A stretch of 64,000 nt of DNA from Phycisphaerae bacterium (GTDB lineage Bacteria > Planctomycetota > Phycisphaerae > UBA1845): positions 768,001 to 832,000 of the forward strand of contig CAXXGO010000006.1 of assembly GCA_963666835.2 (NCBI GenBank), given 5' to 3'. Each line of letters starts with the position of its first letter. The first letter of the stretch is position 1. Position numbers and translations under genes: made by a program. This document shows, piece by piece, positions 8,494-18,594 of this stretch. The notes beneath the pieces are model-generated. The model did no database searches. It had not been told where the DNA came from and was given only the letters and a program-made list of their open reading frames with translations.

Positions 8494-10476
8494 TCAACCG
8501 CGGATCCGAAAGACCAGATAGGGGGCGTCGCGGGATCCCGTGTAAGAGTTCGACGGATAGACCAGCTCTGCGAATTCTCTTGCATTGGCCAACTTCCGCG
8601 CCAGGTTCTTGTGATCCTGATCCGTAATCACATAACGTGCGCCGAAGTAGTCGCGAATGTCCGTAAGCGCGATGTGCAAAGACTCGGTAAACGTACTTCC
8701 GGCCTCATCGATGATCTCGACGGATTCATCGGCGGGGACCTGCCCGCGCGATATCTTCACGTAGCGCTTCCACAGGTCCGGCCGGCGGGCGTGCGTGAAC
8801 TTCGGATCCAACCCGACAATGTAGTGATTGTACGAGTTGTAGTAGAAGAACACCGGGAAGATGTCCCAATCGTCGGTGAAGATTACCTCAGCCGGCGCGG
8901 AGTCGCCCTTGACGAACTCCATCGCCGCGCGAATGGCCGGCAAGTCGTAACCGCACCGGACGCCACGTTGGATCTGAGACCAAGGATACGCGGCTGAGCC
9001 GATCACAACCGCCAGGACTATTGCCGCTACCGTAACCGTGCGAGCCACGTCAACCAACACAGCGCCGCCATCCCGCCGCCTGGTAACGCAGGCATCCTGT
9101 CTGCCCGCCTCCCCGATCCTAACCGGCGGAGCATCGGCATCGCAGCGCCGCCGAATCCCGCAAAGCGATACGAGCGCATACAGGCCGACCAGAATCAACC
9201 ACACGGGCCATTCGTCTGCGAAACTGGCCAGATCGGGCAACCGGCGAACGCGCTGAATCAACGCCGCTACGCCCCCGACGACCAAGAGCGCCACAACCAC
9301 CTCGAACCACGCCCGCCGGGGCGTGCGGTCCGCAACATACTCACGGTGCCACCACGACGATACGGCATCGGCCACCGGTACGAACAGATAAGCAGCGCTT
9401 AGCAGACAGAAGACCGGCCAATACTCGATGAAACGCCGGGCCTTGCAGGTCAACACCAGAAAGGCGAAGTTCAACAGAAGCAGGGTCAAATCAGTGGCAC
9501 TAAGCGGCTTACCCAACCGCAACCGCGCGGTAACCGCAATAACCCAGGTGACGAGCACCACTCCGGCCGACTGCACAAACCACCAGACGCCCTCGTAAGG
9601 CTTCCACTCCCTTCCGACCGGAATATCGGGGGACAGCCCGGTTCCGAAGACCTGCAACCTGAGGAACTCGGCCATACCCCCCACGTAGGGGTGGACCACA
9701 ACCCCGATCGCCCACCCGGTGGTCGCCGCCAGAATCAGCCGCCACGGAACCTCCCGCGCGCCCGGCGAAACCAGCACCGACGATAGCACAAACAGCCCGA
9801 CCAAAACCGGGGCATACAACACTCCGCCAAGGTAAAGATGCGTGAACAGCGCCACGGCCAGCCCCGTCAGGAGAAAACGCCGCCGGAACATCAAAACCAG
9901 AACCAGCAACATGAACGTCAACGAAGGACTGATGGCGCGAATGTAAGCGTGCCGGGTGAAGAACTGGGCGGGCATGAGGATGAACAGAATCAACCACAGC
10001 CAGCGCCAACGCACTTGCCCGTGAATGAGCAGCAAATTGAACAACATCAACGTGAGCCCGAACGTCACGGTGACCGCCCAGCGCCCGCCGGCTAAGTAGT
10101 CCCCGGTCAGCCAATGAGACAACTGCACGAACGGGGTAAGGAACACGTGGAAACCGTAGTGATGACTGACGAAGTCATGCCCCTCGTCCGTGAAGTACAC
10201 GAACTTCAACCAGGGAAGCTCGTCGAGCAGACCGTGCTCCGGAATGAGCGCGGCCATCTTGACGTGATAGAACGAGTCGTGTCCGGGTAGTCCCCGAGCT
10301 TCCGCAGGGCGGTCGCTGCCGGCGGCGTGGATGTAGCTCATCAACACCACCCCGATGACCAGCACGATCAGCGATTCAAGAACGGTCGACGAGGGCCGCC
10401 CGCCCGCGGCAGGCGCTGCGGACCCCCGCGAAGGTGCCGGATCGTACGGATTGTCTTGAAGAGTGGTCTGATTCAC
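8494..10476 (-). CDS. Polytopic membrane protein, probable GT-C-fold glycosyltransferase (start uncertain)
   Basis: More than 10 TM segments. GHDSFYHVKMA in the first loop, EWKP, RRFIEYW and a soluble C-terminal domain with IFTDDWD...GLDP. Confidence 0.65.
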   Translation of the reverse strand: MNQTTLQDNPYDPAPSRGSAAPAAGGRPSSTVLESLIVLVIGVVLMSYIHAAGSDRPAEARGLPGHDSFYHVKMAALIPEHGLLDELPWLKFVYFTDEGHDFVSHHYGFHVFLTPFVQLSHWLTGDYLAGGRWAVTVTFGLTLMLFNLLLIHGQVRWRWLWLILFILMPAQFFTRHAYIRAISPSLTFMLLVLVLMFRRRFLLTGLAVALFTHLYLGGVLYAPVLVGLFVLSSVLVSPGAREVPWRLILAATTGWAIGVVVHPYVGGMAEFLRLQVFGTGLSPDIPVGREWKPYEGVWWFVQSAGVVLVTWVIAVTARLRLGKPLSATDLTLLLLNFAFLVLTCKARRFIEYWPVFCLLSAAYLFVPVADAVSSWWHREYVADRTPRRAWFEVVVALLVVGGVAALIQRVRRLPDLASFADEWPVWLILVGLYALVSLCGIRRRCDADAPPVRIGEAGRQDACVTRRRDGGAVLVDVARTVTVAAIVLAVVIGSAAYPWSQIQRGVRCGYDLPAIRAAMEFVKGDSAPAEVIFTDDWDIFPVFFYYNSYNHYIVGLDPKFTHARRPDLWKRYVKISRGQVPADESVEIIDEAGSTFTESLHIALTDIRDYFGARYVITDQDHKNLARKLANAREFAELVYPSNSYTGSRDAPYLVFRIRG

Positions 10477-10714
10477 GGGGCGAAGTTGCTCCAATCCGCC
10501 GGGCAACCCTCGACCGGCGCGGTGAGTAGCGTATTCGGAGCCGTCCGGTTTGACCAGTGAACGGATCCGGTCCGCTGGCCCAAGACCGGTAATCTGCCGA
10601 AGAACTAAGGGAGGGGCGCGCGCCGTCCGCAAATGCTCGTGTTGACGGGTCTGAAGCGGCGAATTACCGTGCGGGCGCGGGAGTTCGAGGTTAGTTGGAG
10701 TCTCCCACTGCTGA

Positions 10715-10862
10715 AGCGATGAGGGTCCCCCACCGCTAAAGCGATGGGCCACCCGTCCGGGGCCCCCACCGCTAAGGCGATGGGGCATCCGTCCGTTGAA
10801 GCGATGAGGGTCCCCCACCGCCAAAGCGATGGGCCCCCACCTCTAGTGAGGTGGGCCACCCA
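10715..10862. repeat. Cluster of short palindromic repeats CCCACCGCTAAAGCGATGGG
   Basis: Three near-identical units (about 10728, 10764, 10813) between divergent genes. Confidence 0.75.
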
Positions 10863-10977
10863 TTCCGGGGAGGTACCTCTCCGTCCGTACGGACTGCCGG
10901 GGAGAGACGGCGTTCCGAGTGCTCTACTTTGTGAAACGCGTTTGACAATCGCAAGAGGAGTTGATCCATTGCTCGCC

Positions 10978-13320
10978 ATGACTACGGAAGATCAGGAACT
11001 GCTGCGACAGGCGGAAGACGGTATTAGAGATTATCTCGACGCTGAGCGCGACCAGGGTCGCATCGCCGGAAGTTACTACGACGACGCGGTGGCCAAGACC
11101 GGACCTAACCTGCGCAAGTGGCTGCAGGCCGAGGAGCTCGACCGGATCTCGCCGAACCTGCGCGACGGTCTGCGCAACGCCATCCGGAACCGGCAGTGGG
11201 TAGCACTGGCCAACGCCTACTCGCGCGACGTGGCGTTCGGAACCGGCGGAATCCGCGAGAAGATGGGCGCCGAGCGCGATGTGGTCCTCAAACTGAAAGA
11301 AGAGGGAATCCACGCGCCGATCATCAAAGGGCCCAACACGATCAACGATGTAATCTACCTGCTGACCTCGGCCGGGGCAGCCAAGTTCGGCATCGAACGC
11401 AAACCGCCGCTTAGCAAGGTCGTCATCGGGTTCGACAGCCGGGTCCGCGGTTCGGATTTCGCCCGGATGATCGCCAGCCTGTTCCTGGCCTATGACTACA
11501 CGGTGTACTTGTTCGACGAGGCCTGCCTCTATCCGAGCGTTACCTACGCCGTGCCGACCCTCAAGGCCGACGTCGGCGTATTCATCTCGGCCAGCCATAA
11601 CGACTTCCGTTATAATGGCTACAAACTGTCCTGCCAGAACGGCTCGCAGTTCGACCCGGCCGAGCGCGACCGGTTGTACAAAGACTATATCGCCAAGATG
11701 AAGTTCACCGACATCAAGACTGTCCCGCTCACCGAGGCTCCGGCGGACAAGCTCTGGTTCCTCGGTGGGGTCAAGAGCGAAAGCGGAAAGGTCGTTCAAA
11801 GCGGGGACCATTCCGGACTGCCGCTAGCCGATCCGCTGCCCCATGCAACCAAGGATCTCTACGCCGGCCGGGAAGACCGGATCATCGATCTGCACACGAT
11901 GCACATCAACCACGTCAAGACCTTCCTGCTGCGCGATCGCATGATTATCGAAGCGAAGAAACCGCTCTCCCTCGGATACTCCGCGTTTAACGGCTCCGGG
12001 CGCGATGCCGTGCCGCGTCTGCTTAACGAGGTCGGCTTCAAAGACGTCAAGCGGATCATGAAACTTGACGCGCTCGATGGCATGTTCCCCGCGTTCTGCA
12101 GCGATCCCGGCAAAGAACAACAACCCGACCCCGGCGACTGGCGGGCGGCCGATATTGCCGTCGCGGCCTTCAAGGAAGAACACGGCGCCGCCTGGGACGA
12201 CGTCGACTTGATCATCGGCACGGACCCCGACGCCGATCGCTGCGGGGTGATCGTCAAAGTCCCCGAACACCAACGCATAGCCTACCCGCATCCGGGTTCA
12301 GGCGAGCTGCGCGATTACGCCCTGATCTCCGCTGACGAGGCCTGGTCGCTGATCCTGTGGTATCGACTCAACTACGAAGTCGAACAGCACGGTAAGGTGC
12401 TCGACGCCGAACAGAGGTTCATCGCCCTGTCGCACACCACTACCGACCTGCTGCCTTGCGTCGCTCGCAAGTTCGGGCTGGGCGTACTCAAGACCTGGGT
12501 CGGCTTCGCTCAACTCGCGGCCGGGACCCGCGCGGTCTGGGATCTCCACGCCGGTAAGGACACGGCCGGTCTGACCGAAGGCGGCCGCCTCCCGAAATAC
12601 GACGAAGGACGCCGCAACCCCGAAGATACCGTCTGCAACCGGAGCATTCATTCGTGGGAGGATATGGGCGACCCGCGCCGGTGTATCAACGTCGGAGCTC
12701 TCGAACAGAGTAATGGATTCTCCATCCTCGGCGGACCGCCGCCGGACGACCGTTCGCTCGGGCGGGAGGGGCACGTGCGCGATAAGGACGGCACGTTCGC
12801 GGCCGTGCTGGTCGCGGAGCTGGCCGCATACGCCAAAGAACACGGTAAGAACCTGCTCGACCTAGTGGATGAGAAGCTCTATCTCGATCCGGACATCGGC
12901 CTGTACGTAACGCACTACGAGCCGGACCCGCTGGACGGTGAATACGAAGGGCTGGCCGGCTATACGAAGAAGCGCGGCATTCTCGACAAGGCGGAGGACC
13001 TGTTCGCCAACTGCTCCGCCCGCCCGTTTGAGCTGGGCGGGATGCCGGTCAAAAGTGCCACCGTTTATCGCACCGGCAAGTACGACGCAGTGAACTGGGC
13101 CGGCTTCCCCGACGAGGGGTACCGCTTCTACTTCGACGACGAGCGTCGATCCCATCTGACGATCCGCCCGTCGGGTACGTCCAACGCGCTGCGCTTCCAC
13201 GTTCAGCTTTTCGGCGGCCATCCGACCCGCGAAACGCTGATTGCCGAGAAGGCCAAGCTGCGAGCGACCACCGTCCAGATGGTCAAAGACATCCGCGGGC
13301 TGATCGGGGCGAACGTTTGA
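10978..13320 (+). CDS. Phosphoglucomutase/phosphomannomutase-family enzyme (long form with insertions)
   Basis: FGTGGIR, catalytic SASHN, metal loop DPDADR, EQS, DKDG and RPSGT motifs. Confidence 0.93.
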   Translation: MTTEDQELLRQAEDGIRDYLDAERDQGRIAGSYYDDAVAKTGPNLRKWLQAEELDRISPNLRDGLRNAIRNRQWVALANAYSRDVAFGTGGIREKMGAERDVVLKLKEEGIHAPIIKGPNTINDVIYLLTSAGAAKFGIERKPPLSKVVIGFDSRVRGSDFARMIASLFLAYDYTVYLFDEACLYPSVTYAVPTLKADVGVFISASHNDFRYNGYKLSCQNGSQFDPAERDRLYKDYIAKMKFTDIKTVPLTEAPADKLWFLGGVKSESGKVVQSGDHSGLPLADPLPHATKDLYAGREDRIIDLHTMHINHVKTFLLRDRMIIEAKKPLSLGYSAFNGSGRDAVPRLLNEVGFKDVKRIMKLDALDGMFPAFCSDPGKEQQPDPGDWRAADIAVAAFKEEHGAAWDDVDLIIGTDPDADRCGVIVKVPEHQRIAYPHPGSGELRDYALISADEAWSLILWYRLNYEVEQHGKVLDAEQRFIALSHTTTDLLPCVARKFGLGVLKTWVGFAQLAAGTRAVWDLHAGKDTAGLTEGGRLPKYDEGRRNPEDTVCNRSIHSWEDMGDPRRCINVGALEQSNGFSILGGPPPDDRSLGREGHVRDKDGTFAAVLVAELAAYAKEHGKNLLDLVDEKLYLDPDIGLYVTHYEPDPLDGEYEGLAGYTKKRGILDKAEDLFANCSARPFELGGMPVKSATVYRTGKYDAVNWAGFPDEGYRFYFDDERRSHLTIRPSGTSNALRFHVQLFGGHPTRETLIAEKAKLRATTVQMVKDIRGLIGANV

Positions 13321-13327
13321 GAAAGCT

Positions 13328-14677
13328 ATGAACGTCACCCCCGGCACCGGGTCCGCGCTGACTGATGTTGTCGTCGCCTTCGACCTCGACAACACGCTCG
13401 TGGACCCGGACGGCGAAACCTATCGCCGCACCACGGCCAACTTCCTCGGGTTCATCGATATCGGTTTGAACTCGAGCGAAGTGCTCCGGGCCTACGAAGG
13501 GCTGCGGATGCGCGGCGACGCTCTCGAACGACTGGGGCTGGGTAGCCCGCTGCACGAGCGCAATAATCCGGAGGCTATGGCTGCCCTGTGCCTATCCCGC
13601 GCTACTCACCGCGGCCTCTTGCGCGATCTGAGCATCAACCCGGTCGACCAGCCGGATTGGCGTAAGCTGATCGTTGAACTGGCCGGCTTGCATGACAAGA
13701 CTAGGCGCGGTTCGTTCGACTCCCGTCTGGCCGCGGAGATTGAGTTTCAGCGTCTCCGGGCGACCGATCCGCGCTTGCCGCGCTTCTGCGCCGAGGTGCG
13801 ACGGGTGGCCGCGATGCCCCGGATCACCGTTTGGGCCCAGCATTATGAGAAACTCGCCCGCGCCGAGGTGATGGCCTACGTGCGGCCGTTGCTGGACGCC
13901 CTGGTTCGCCGCGAGGCGGTGCTATTGGTGATCTCTGAGGGGCGTTTCCGCGTACAGACGGCAAAGCTCGATCGGCTTCAGGTCGCAGAGTTCTTTCAAG
14001 ATCGCGTGTTGATTACCGAGCAGGTCGCCGCGGTGACCGGGCTTGAGGAGCTTGATGAAGCCATCGCGGGGCTCATCGGCGAACGAATGACAACCGGCGC
14101 GGATACGGAATCGCCCGAACTGCCGCTTCTATGGCACTATCGCTGTCTGATCCGGGAGTGGGAGAGCAAGACCCCGTGGTTCTTCGGCCGGTGTCTGCAC
14201 GCCGTGCAGAATGCCCCGCACCGGCCCGAGCTGTCCCTCGGCCATCCGGTTTTCGTGCCGGCTGCAGAGTGGGAGCAAAGGCCGCTTCGGTTCGTAATGG
14301 TGGGCGACCGCTACGATAAGGATCTTGCGCCGCTGATCGATCTGCTGGGCTTGGAGGTGGGAACGACCGTGCGGTTGCGGGCGGGCAAATACGGCGCGCG
14401 CGATCCGGAGGACGCAACGCCGCCTCAACGTCGCCCGGACCGGACGTTCAATGACTGGGATTCCCTCGCCACCTTTCTGTCAAACGACCTGACCGCCGAT
14501 CAGATCCCCCCGATCACGACCGCCCCGGCCATCGTCGATCCGTCAATGGTCACCCGGGACCTCATTGATAGTGGCCTGCACAGCGAATACGAGGCCATCC
14601 GGGGCGTTGCGCAAGCCCTTGCCGAAATGACGGACGGCGCTGCCTGCGGCGAGAACCGGGATCGGATCACAGAATGA
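13328..14677 (+). CDS. HAD-superfamily hydrolase with large cap/insertions
   Basis: Motif I FDLDNTL, motif II VISEG and motif IV MVGDRYDKD. Starts 7 nt after the phosphomutase. Confidence 0.85.
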   Translation: MNVTPGTGSALTDVVVAFDLDNTLVDPDGETYRRTTANFLGFIDIGLNSSEVLRAYEGLRMRGDALERLGLGSPLHERNNPEAMAALCLSRATHRGLLRDLSINPVDQPDWRKLIVELAGLHDKTRRGSFDSRLAAEIEFQRLRATDPRLPRFCAEVRRVAAMPRITVWAQHYEKLARAEVMAYVRPLLDALVRREAVLLVISEGRFRVQTAKLDRLQVAEFFQDRVLITEQVAAVTGLEELDEAIAGLIGERMTTGADTESPELPLLWHYRCLIREWESKTPWFFGRCLHAVQNAPHRPELSLGHPVFVPAAEWEQRPLRFVMVGDRYDKDLAPLIDLLGLEVGTTVRLRAGKYGARDPEDATPPQRRPDRTFNDWDSLATFLSNDLTADQIPPITTAPAIVDPSMVTRDLIDSGLHSEYEAIRGVAQALAEMTDGAACGENRDRITE

Positions 14678-14690
14678 TTTCAAGGACCTT

Positions 14691-14823
14691 GTAGGGCACG
14701 GTCGAGGCACGAGACCTGCCACAACAACGCGTGTCGCGCGAAGACCTGCGGGTGCCCCGTACCATGCCGGCGTTTGGCGGGCTGGAATGGCCGCATCGCC
14801 CCACTGCCGGCATGGGTGGGGGA
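14691..14823 (+). repeat. REP family A (14691-14720) plus family B (14750-14823) between convergent genes
   Basis: Direct sequence match to the other copies. Confidence 0.85.
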
Positions 14824-14858
14824 CGGACTGGGATCGCAAAGAGACCACCATCCCAGGG

Positions 14859-15524
14859 TCAATCGCCGGAACCGGTTGCCCGGCACTTCTCCAGCAGCCA
14901 ATCCACAACTTGTTGCACCGAAGATTCGTCCCCCGAACTCACCGAGATGATCATCTGGTCCCGGTTCAACGCCAGGATGTCGGACGAAGCCCGCTCCAGG
15001 GAAAAATCGGTTGAGCCCAGCAGATCCACCTTGGTCACCACCACCAGATTCGCCGCCCGGAACAGGAAGGGGTATTTGGCGGGTTTATCGTCGCCCTCGG
15101 TAACGCTCAGCACCGCGATGCGGGCGTGCTCGCCGAGGTCGAAGTTCACGGGGCAGATCGGGTTGCCGACGTTCTCGATCAGCAGACAGTCAATCTCCGC
15201 CAGAGGCAACCGCTGAAGCCCCTGCTGAACGAGGGTGGCCGTGAGGTGACAGCCACCTTCAGTAAGCAACTGAATGACGGGCACCCCGAGGGCCTCGATG
15301 CGCGCCGCGTCCTTGGTCGTGGCCAAGTCGCCCTCCAGCACGGCCACGCGCAAGGTCCGCCGCAGCCCGGGAATCACTCGCTCCAGGAGGGTCGTCTTAC
15401 CGCACCCCGCTCCGCCCATGATATTGACGACGGTAACGCCGTGCTTGCTCAGCAGACTGCGATTCTCTTCGGCCGCGCGGTCGTTTTTCTCAAACAGGCT
15501 TCTCCTGAGCACCTCAATCGCCAT
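14859..15524 (-). CDS. hypB: Hydrogenase/urease nickel-incorporation GTPase HypB
   Basis: GGAGCGKTT P-loop, EGD, GGCH, ENVGN.ICP, EGDDKP.KYP and TKVDL motifs. Confidence 0.95.
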   Translation of the reverse strand: MAIEVLRRSLFEKNDRAAEENRSLLSKHGVTVVNIMGGAGCGKTTLLERVIPGLRRTLRVAVLEGDLATTKDAARIEALGVPVIQLLTEGGCHLTATLVQQGLQRLPLAEIDCLLIENVGNPICPVNFDLGEHARIAVLSVTEGDDKPAKYPFLFRAANLVVVTKVDLLGSTDFSLERASSDILALNRDQMIISVSSGDESSVQQVVDWLLEKCRATGSGD

Positions 15525-15870
15525 CGTCAATCTCCAGCTCAATGGACGTCAGTTCAATCTCGTCGCCACCTTCCAGGTGAATCTCGGTCGCACCGCAACT
15601 GGGGCACTCGAACTGCCAGGCGTCCAACTCCGTGTGGGTCCCACAAGCGGAGCACTCCAGGCGCATTCCGACTGTGGTCACCTCCAGTTTGGCGCGCGCC
15701 GCCAGAGTGCCGCTCTTGGCCAAGTCGAACGCCTCGCTCAACATTGTGGTGTCGGCCTGGCGCAGACACCCGATACGGCAATGGATCCGGGTGATCCGGT
15801 GAGCTCCGGCTCGCCGAGCTTCGCCTTCGGCGAGTTCCAGCATCGACATTGCAATAGAGAGCTCGTGCAT
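15514..15870 (-). CDS. hypA: Nickel metallochaperone HypA
   Basis: N-terminal MHELSIA, two CxxC motifs (CSAC, CPSC) and GDEIELTSIE. Confidence 0.95.
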   Translation of the reverse strand: MHELSIAMSMLELAEGEARRAGAHRITRIHCRIGCLRQADTTMLSEAFDLAKSGTLAARAKLEVTTVGMRLECSACGTHTELDAWQFECPSCGATEIHLEGGDEIELTSIELEIDDGD

Positions 15871-15992
15871 CGCTTACCCGGGTTTCCTCAGAAGAACGCG
15901 GGGCGAGCTCCGCTGAACGGAACTCGCCCCGGCGACGGTTGTTCAGGAGTCATTCCGTCGACCATTCGGCCAACGGACGGTTGTCCTCAACA

Positions 15993-17726
15993 TCAGACCA
16001 CGTATTCAGGGTAATCCGGATACCACATAGACTCGGCCACCATATCTTCGATGGCGTCGTCCGGGATCCTCCGCCCGATGTCGAGCCGGCGAGCCTCGCG
16101 GATTATCGCGCAGGCGATCGCACAGCTTACATCCCGCAATTCGCTTTGATCGGGGTACAGCGCCCCGGCATCCAGCCGTTCCTGAGTTATCCGACCTGCC
16201 AGGGTCCGAGCAGCGACCAGGAACATCGAGTTGGTGACCTCGTGAGCTTCTGCGAGGATGCAACCCAGCCCGACCCCGGGAAAGATGTACACGTTATTCC
16301 CCTGTCCGGGGATATGTGTCTTGCCTTTGTACTCAACCGGATCGAAGGGGCTGCCGGTTGCCACCAGGGCACGGCCGTCGGTCCACGTGATCGCCTCTTC
16401 CGGGGTACACTCCGCCTTGGAAGTCGGGTTGCTGAATGGGAACACGAGCGGCCGCTCAACGTGCTTGGCCATTTCACGAACGACTTCCTCGGTGAACGTG
16501 CCCGGTTTGGTAGTAGCCCCAAGCAAGATGGTAGGTTTCACCTTCTGGACGACCTCGAGCAAACCGGCCGGCTCGTCGGTGCTGAAGCCGTATCGCTTCA
16601 TCGCTTCAGCATTCAGGGCATACTCTTTCTTGTGCTCGTCCTTGATTGCCCGCCCCTGATAGAGCAGTCCTTGGCTATCGATGAACACCTGGGCCTCGTG
16701 GATCTTCTGGCGATCCATTCCCTCTTCGGCCATCGCGTCCGCCACGAGCCGCCCGATCCCGACTCCGGCTGCCCCGGCACCCATGTATACGATCCGCTGA
16801 TCGGACAACTTCTGCCCGGTCACCCGCAGAGAAGCGAGCATTCCGGCCAGGGCCACCGCTGATGTTCCCTGGATGTCGTCGTTGAAGCTGGGGGTCCGTT
16901 TACGGTACCGATCCAGCAACGTGAACGCGATGTCTTTGTAGAAGTCCTCCCACTGGATGAGCGCCCGGGGGAACACCTCTCGAACGGCCCCGACGAAGGC
17001 CTCGATGAACTGGTCATACTCCTCACCGCGGAGTCGCCGATGGCGATATCCGATGTAGTTTGGATCGTTGAGCAGGTCTGCGTTGTTAGTCCCGACATCA
17101 AGGCTGATAGGCAGCGTATTGGTTGGGTGGATTCCCGCTCCGGCGCAATACAGAGCCATTTTGCCGATCGGAATGCCGATTCCGCCGGCACCCTGATCGC
17201 CGAGCCCCAGAATCCGCTCGTTGTCCGTAACCACGATAAGGCGGACGTCCTGGTGGGGGGCACTACGCAGCAGCTCGGGAATCCGATCGATGTCATCGGG
17301 CGTGATCCACATTCCCCGGGGTCTCCGGAAAATGTGGCTATACCGCTGGCAGGCCTTTCCAACCGTCGGGGTGTAGACGATCGGCATGAGCTCGGCCATG
17401 TTCTTAACCAGCACGCGGTAGAAAAGGGTCTCGTTGCGGTCCTGAAGAGCGGCCAGCCCGATGAACTTCTCAAGATCGTCCGGCTTCTCGCGAAGGTGCT
17501 CCATCTCCAGCTCGGCTTGCTCTTCAATGGTGAAGTGCTTCGGGGGCAGCAGCCCCTCCAAATGGAGATCCCGCCGCTCCGCCGCCGAGAATGCCGCCCC
17601 TTTGTTGAGAACGGGGTCCTGAAGAAGACCCGCCCCAGTACAGGGTGCCTTTACTTTTCCCCTCGGATACTTGAGCGTGGATTCCGAGAGCTTCGCCTTG
17701 CTGTTGGCTACCGTTGAGTTTCCCAT
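15993..17726 (-). CDS. maeA: NAD-dependent malic enzyme (large, SfcA/MaeA type)
   Basis: [58 protein letters not shown] and [11 protein letters not shown] motifs. Confidence 0.95.
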   Translation of the reverse strand: MGNSTVANSKAKLSESTLKYPRGKVKAPCTGAGLLQDPVLNKGAAFSAAERRDLHLEGLLPPKHFTIEEQAELEMEHLREKPDDLEKFIGLAALQDRNETLFYRVLVKNMAELMPIVYTPTVGKACQRYSHIFRRPRGMWITPDDIDRIPELLRSAPHQDVRLIVVTDNERILGLGDQGAGGIGIPIGKMALYCAGAGIHPTNTLPISLDVGTNNADLLNDPNYIGYRHRRLRGEEYDQFIEAFVGAVREVFPRALIQWEDFYKDIAFTLLDRYRKRTPSFNDDIQGTSAVALAGMLASLRVTGQKLSDQRIVYMGAGAAGVGIGRLVADAMAEEGMDRQKIHEAQVFIDSQGLLYQGRAIKDEHKKEYALNAEAMKRYGFSTDEPAGLLEVVQKVKPTILLGATTKPGTFTEEVVREMAKHVERPLVFPFSNPTSKAECTPEEAITWTDGRALVATGSPFDPVEYKGKTHIPGQGNNVYIFPGVGLGCILAEAHEVTNSMFLVAARTLAGRITQERLDAGALYPDQSELRDVSCAIACAIIREARRLDIGRRIPDDAIEDMVAESMWYPDYPEYVV

Positions 17727-18109
17727 GGTCTTTCGCCTCGATCCAAAACACCTGAAATGTGCATGCGTACGCCTCCCGGCCCCTACGCCGGCTGAATCGT
17801 AAACCGTACTAGCAAGACCGGTGCCGTACAAGGCCAAGAGAGGGATCCGCCGTGTTGGATTCGGACCGGCATGCCCTGAGAAGCCCCTACGGGTTTTGCC
17901 CGAACAGGCCCCGTGTCAAGCCGGCGAGCCCCCGAGCACTTGAAGTCAAGCCGAGAATAGATCATAAGACCGTTATCCCAGGTGCCGGGCGGCGTAGATA
18001 GCAGCTCCCTTGCGGCCTTGTAACCATCAGTCTCATGGAGGAGCCGCGGTCGGCCGAATACGTTGGTGAACAGGCTCCTCGGAGGATCTCCATTACCGGA
18101 GGAAACGAA

Positions 18110-18562
18110 ATGACAAGTCACAGAATCGCAGAATGGGTGCGGGAAGAACATGCGACGGTGGCCAAGCTGACCGACGCGCTGCGCGCGCAAGTGGCCGCCA
18201 TTCCCCGGGCAAGTATCGAGAGGTGGATCTCCGAAATCTGCAAGAGCTTCGACCACTACCGGGCTCATTTAACCAGACACATGAGCCTGGAGGAAAGCGA
18301 GGGATATCTGACCGCGGTGATCGAGCAGCGCCCGACGCTGACCGCGGAAGTAGAACGGCTCAAGCACGAGCACGCGGAGCTGGGAGTTATTATGGACTCG
18401 ATCCACAACGCTCTGTACGCGCTAAAGCCGGATGACCGATTGCTCGTCCGCGATGTCTGCCGGCGTATCGACCGGGTCCTGTCCTATGTGGACCATCATG
18501 AAGACGACGAGAACCTGCTCGTAACCTTCGTGTTCTGCACTGACATCGGCACGAAGGACTGA
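18110..18562 (+). CDS. Hemerythrin-like (HHE) domain protein
   Basis: EH...HxxxEE (HMSLEE)...LKHEH...HHEDDE pattern in an all-helical protein. Confidence 0.8.
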   Translation: MTSHRIAEWVREEHATVAKLTDALRAQVAAIPRASIERWISEICKSFDHYRAHLTRHMSLEESEGYLTAVIEQRPTLTAEVERLKHEHAELGVIMDSIHNALYALKPDDRLLVRDVCRRIDRVLSYVDHHEDDENLLVTFVFCTDIGTKD

Positions 18563-18594
18563 CGCCCTCGCTACGATGCGGTCCTCGGCGACGG

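Noticed and set aside
7473..8521. ORFs across repeat mosaics (e.g. 7751-8521, 26106-27060, 62003-62583, 631-1206)
   Set aside because: The translations are made of REP-derived peptides (GRSRTST, QVSYLD, AGLVPRP) recurring at every repeat copy.
10942..10970. Sigma70 promoter before the phosphomutase (TTGACA at 10942)
   Set aside because: There is no convincing -10 element at 16-18 nt spacing.
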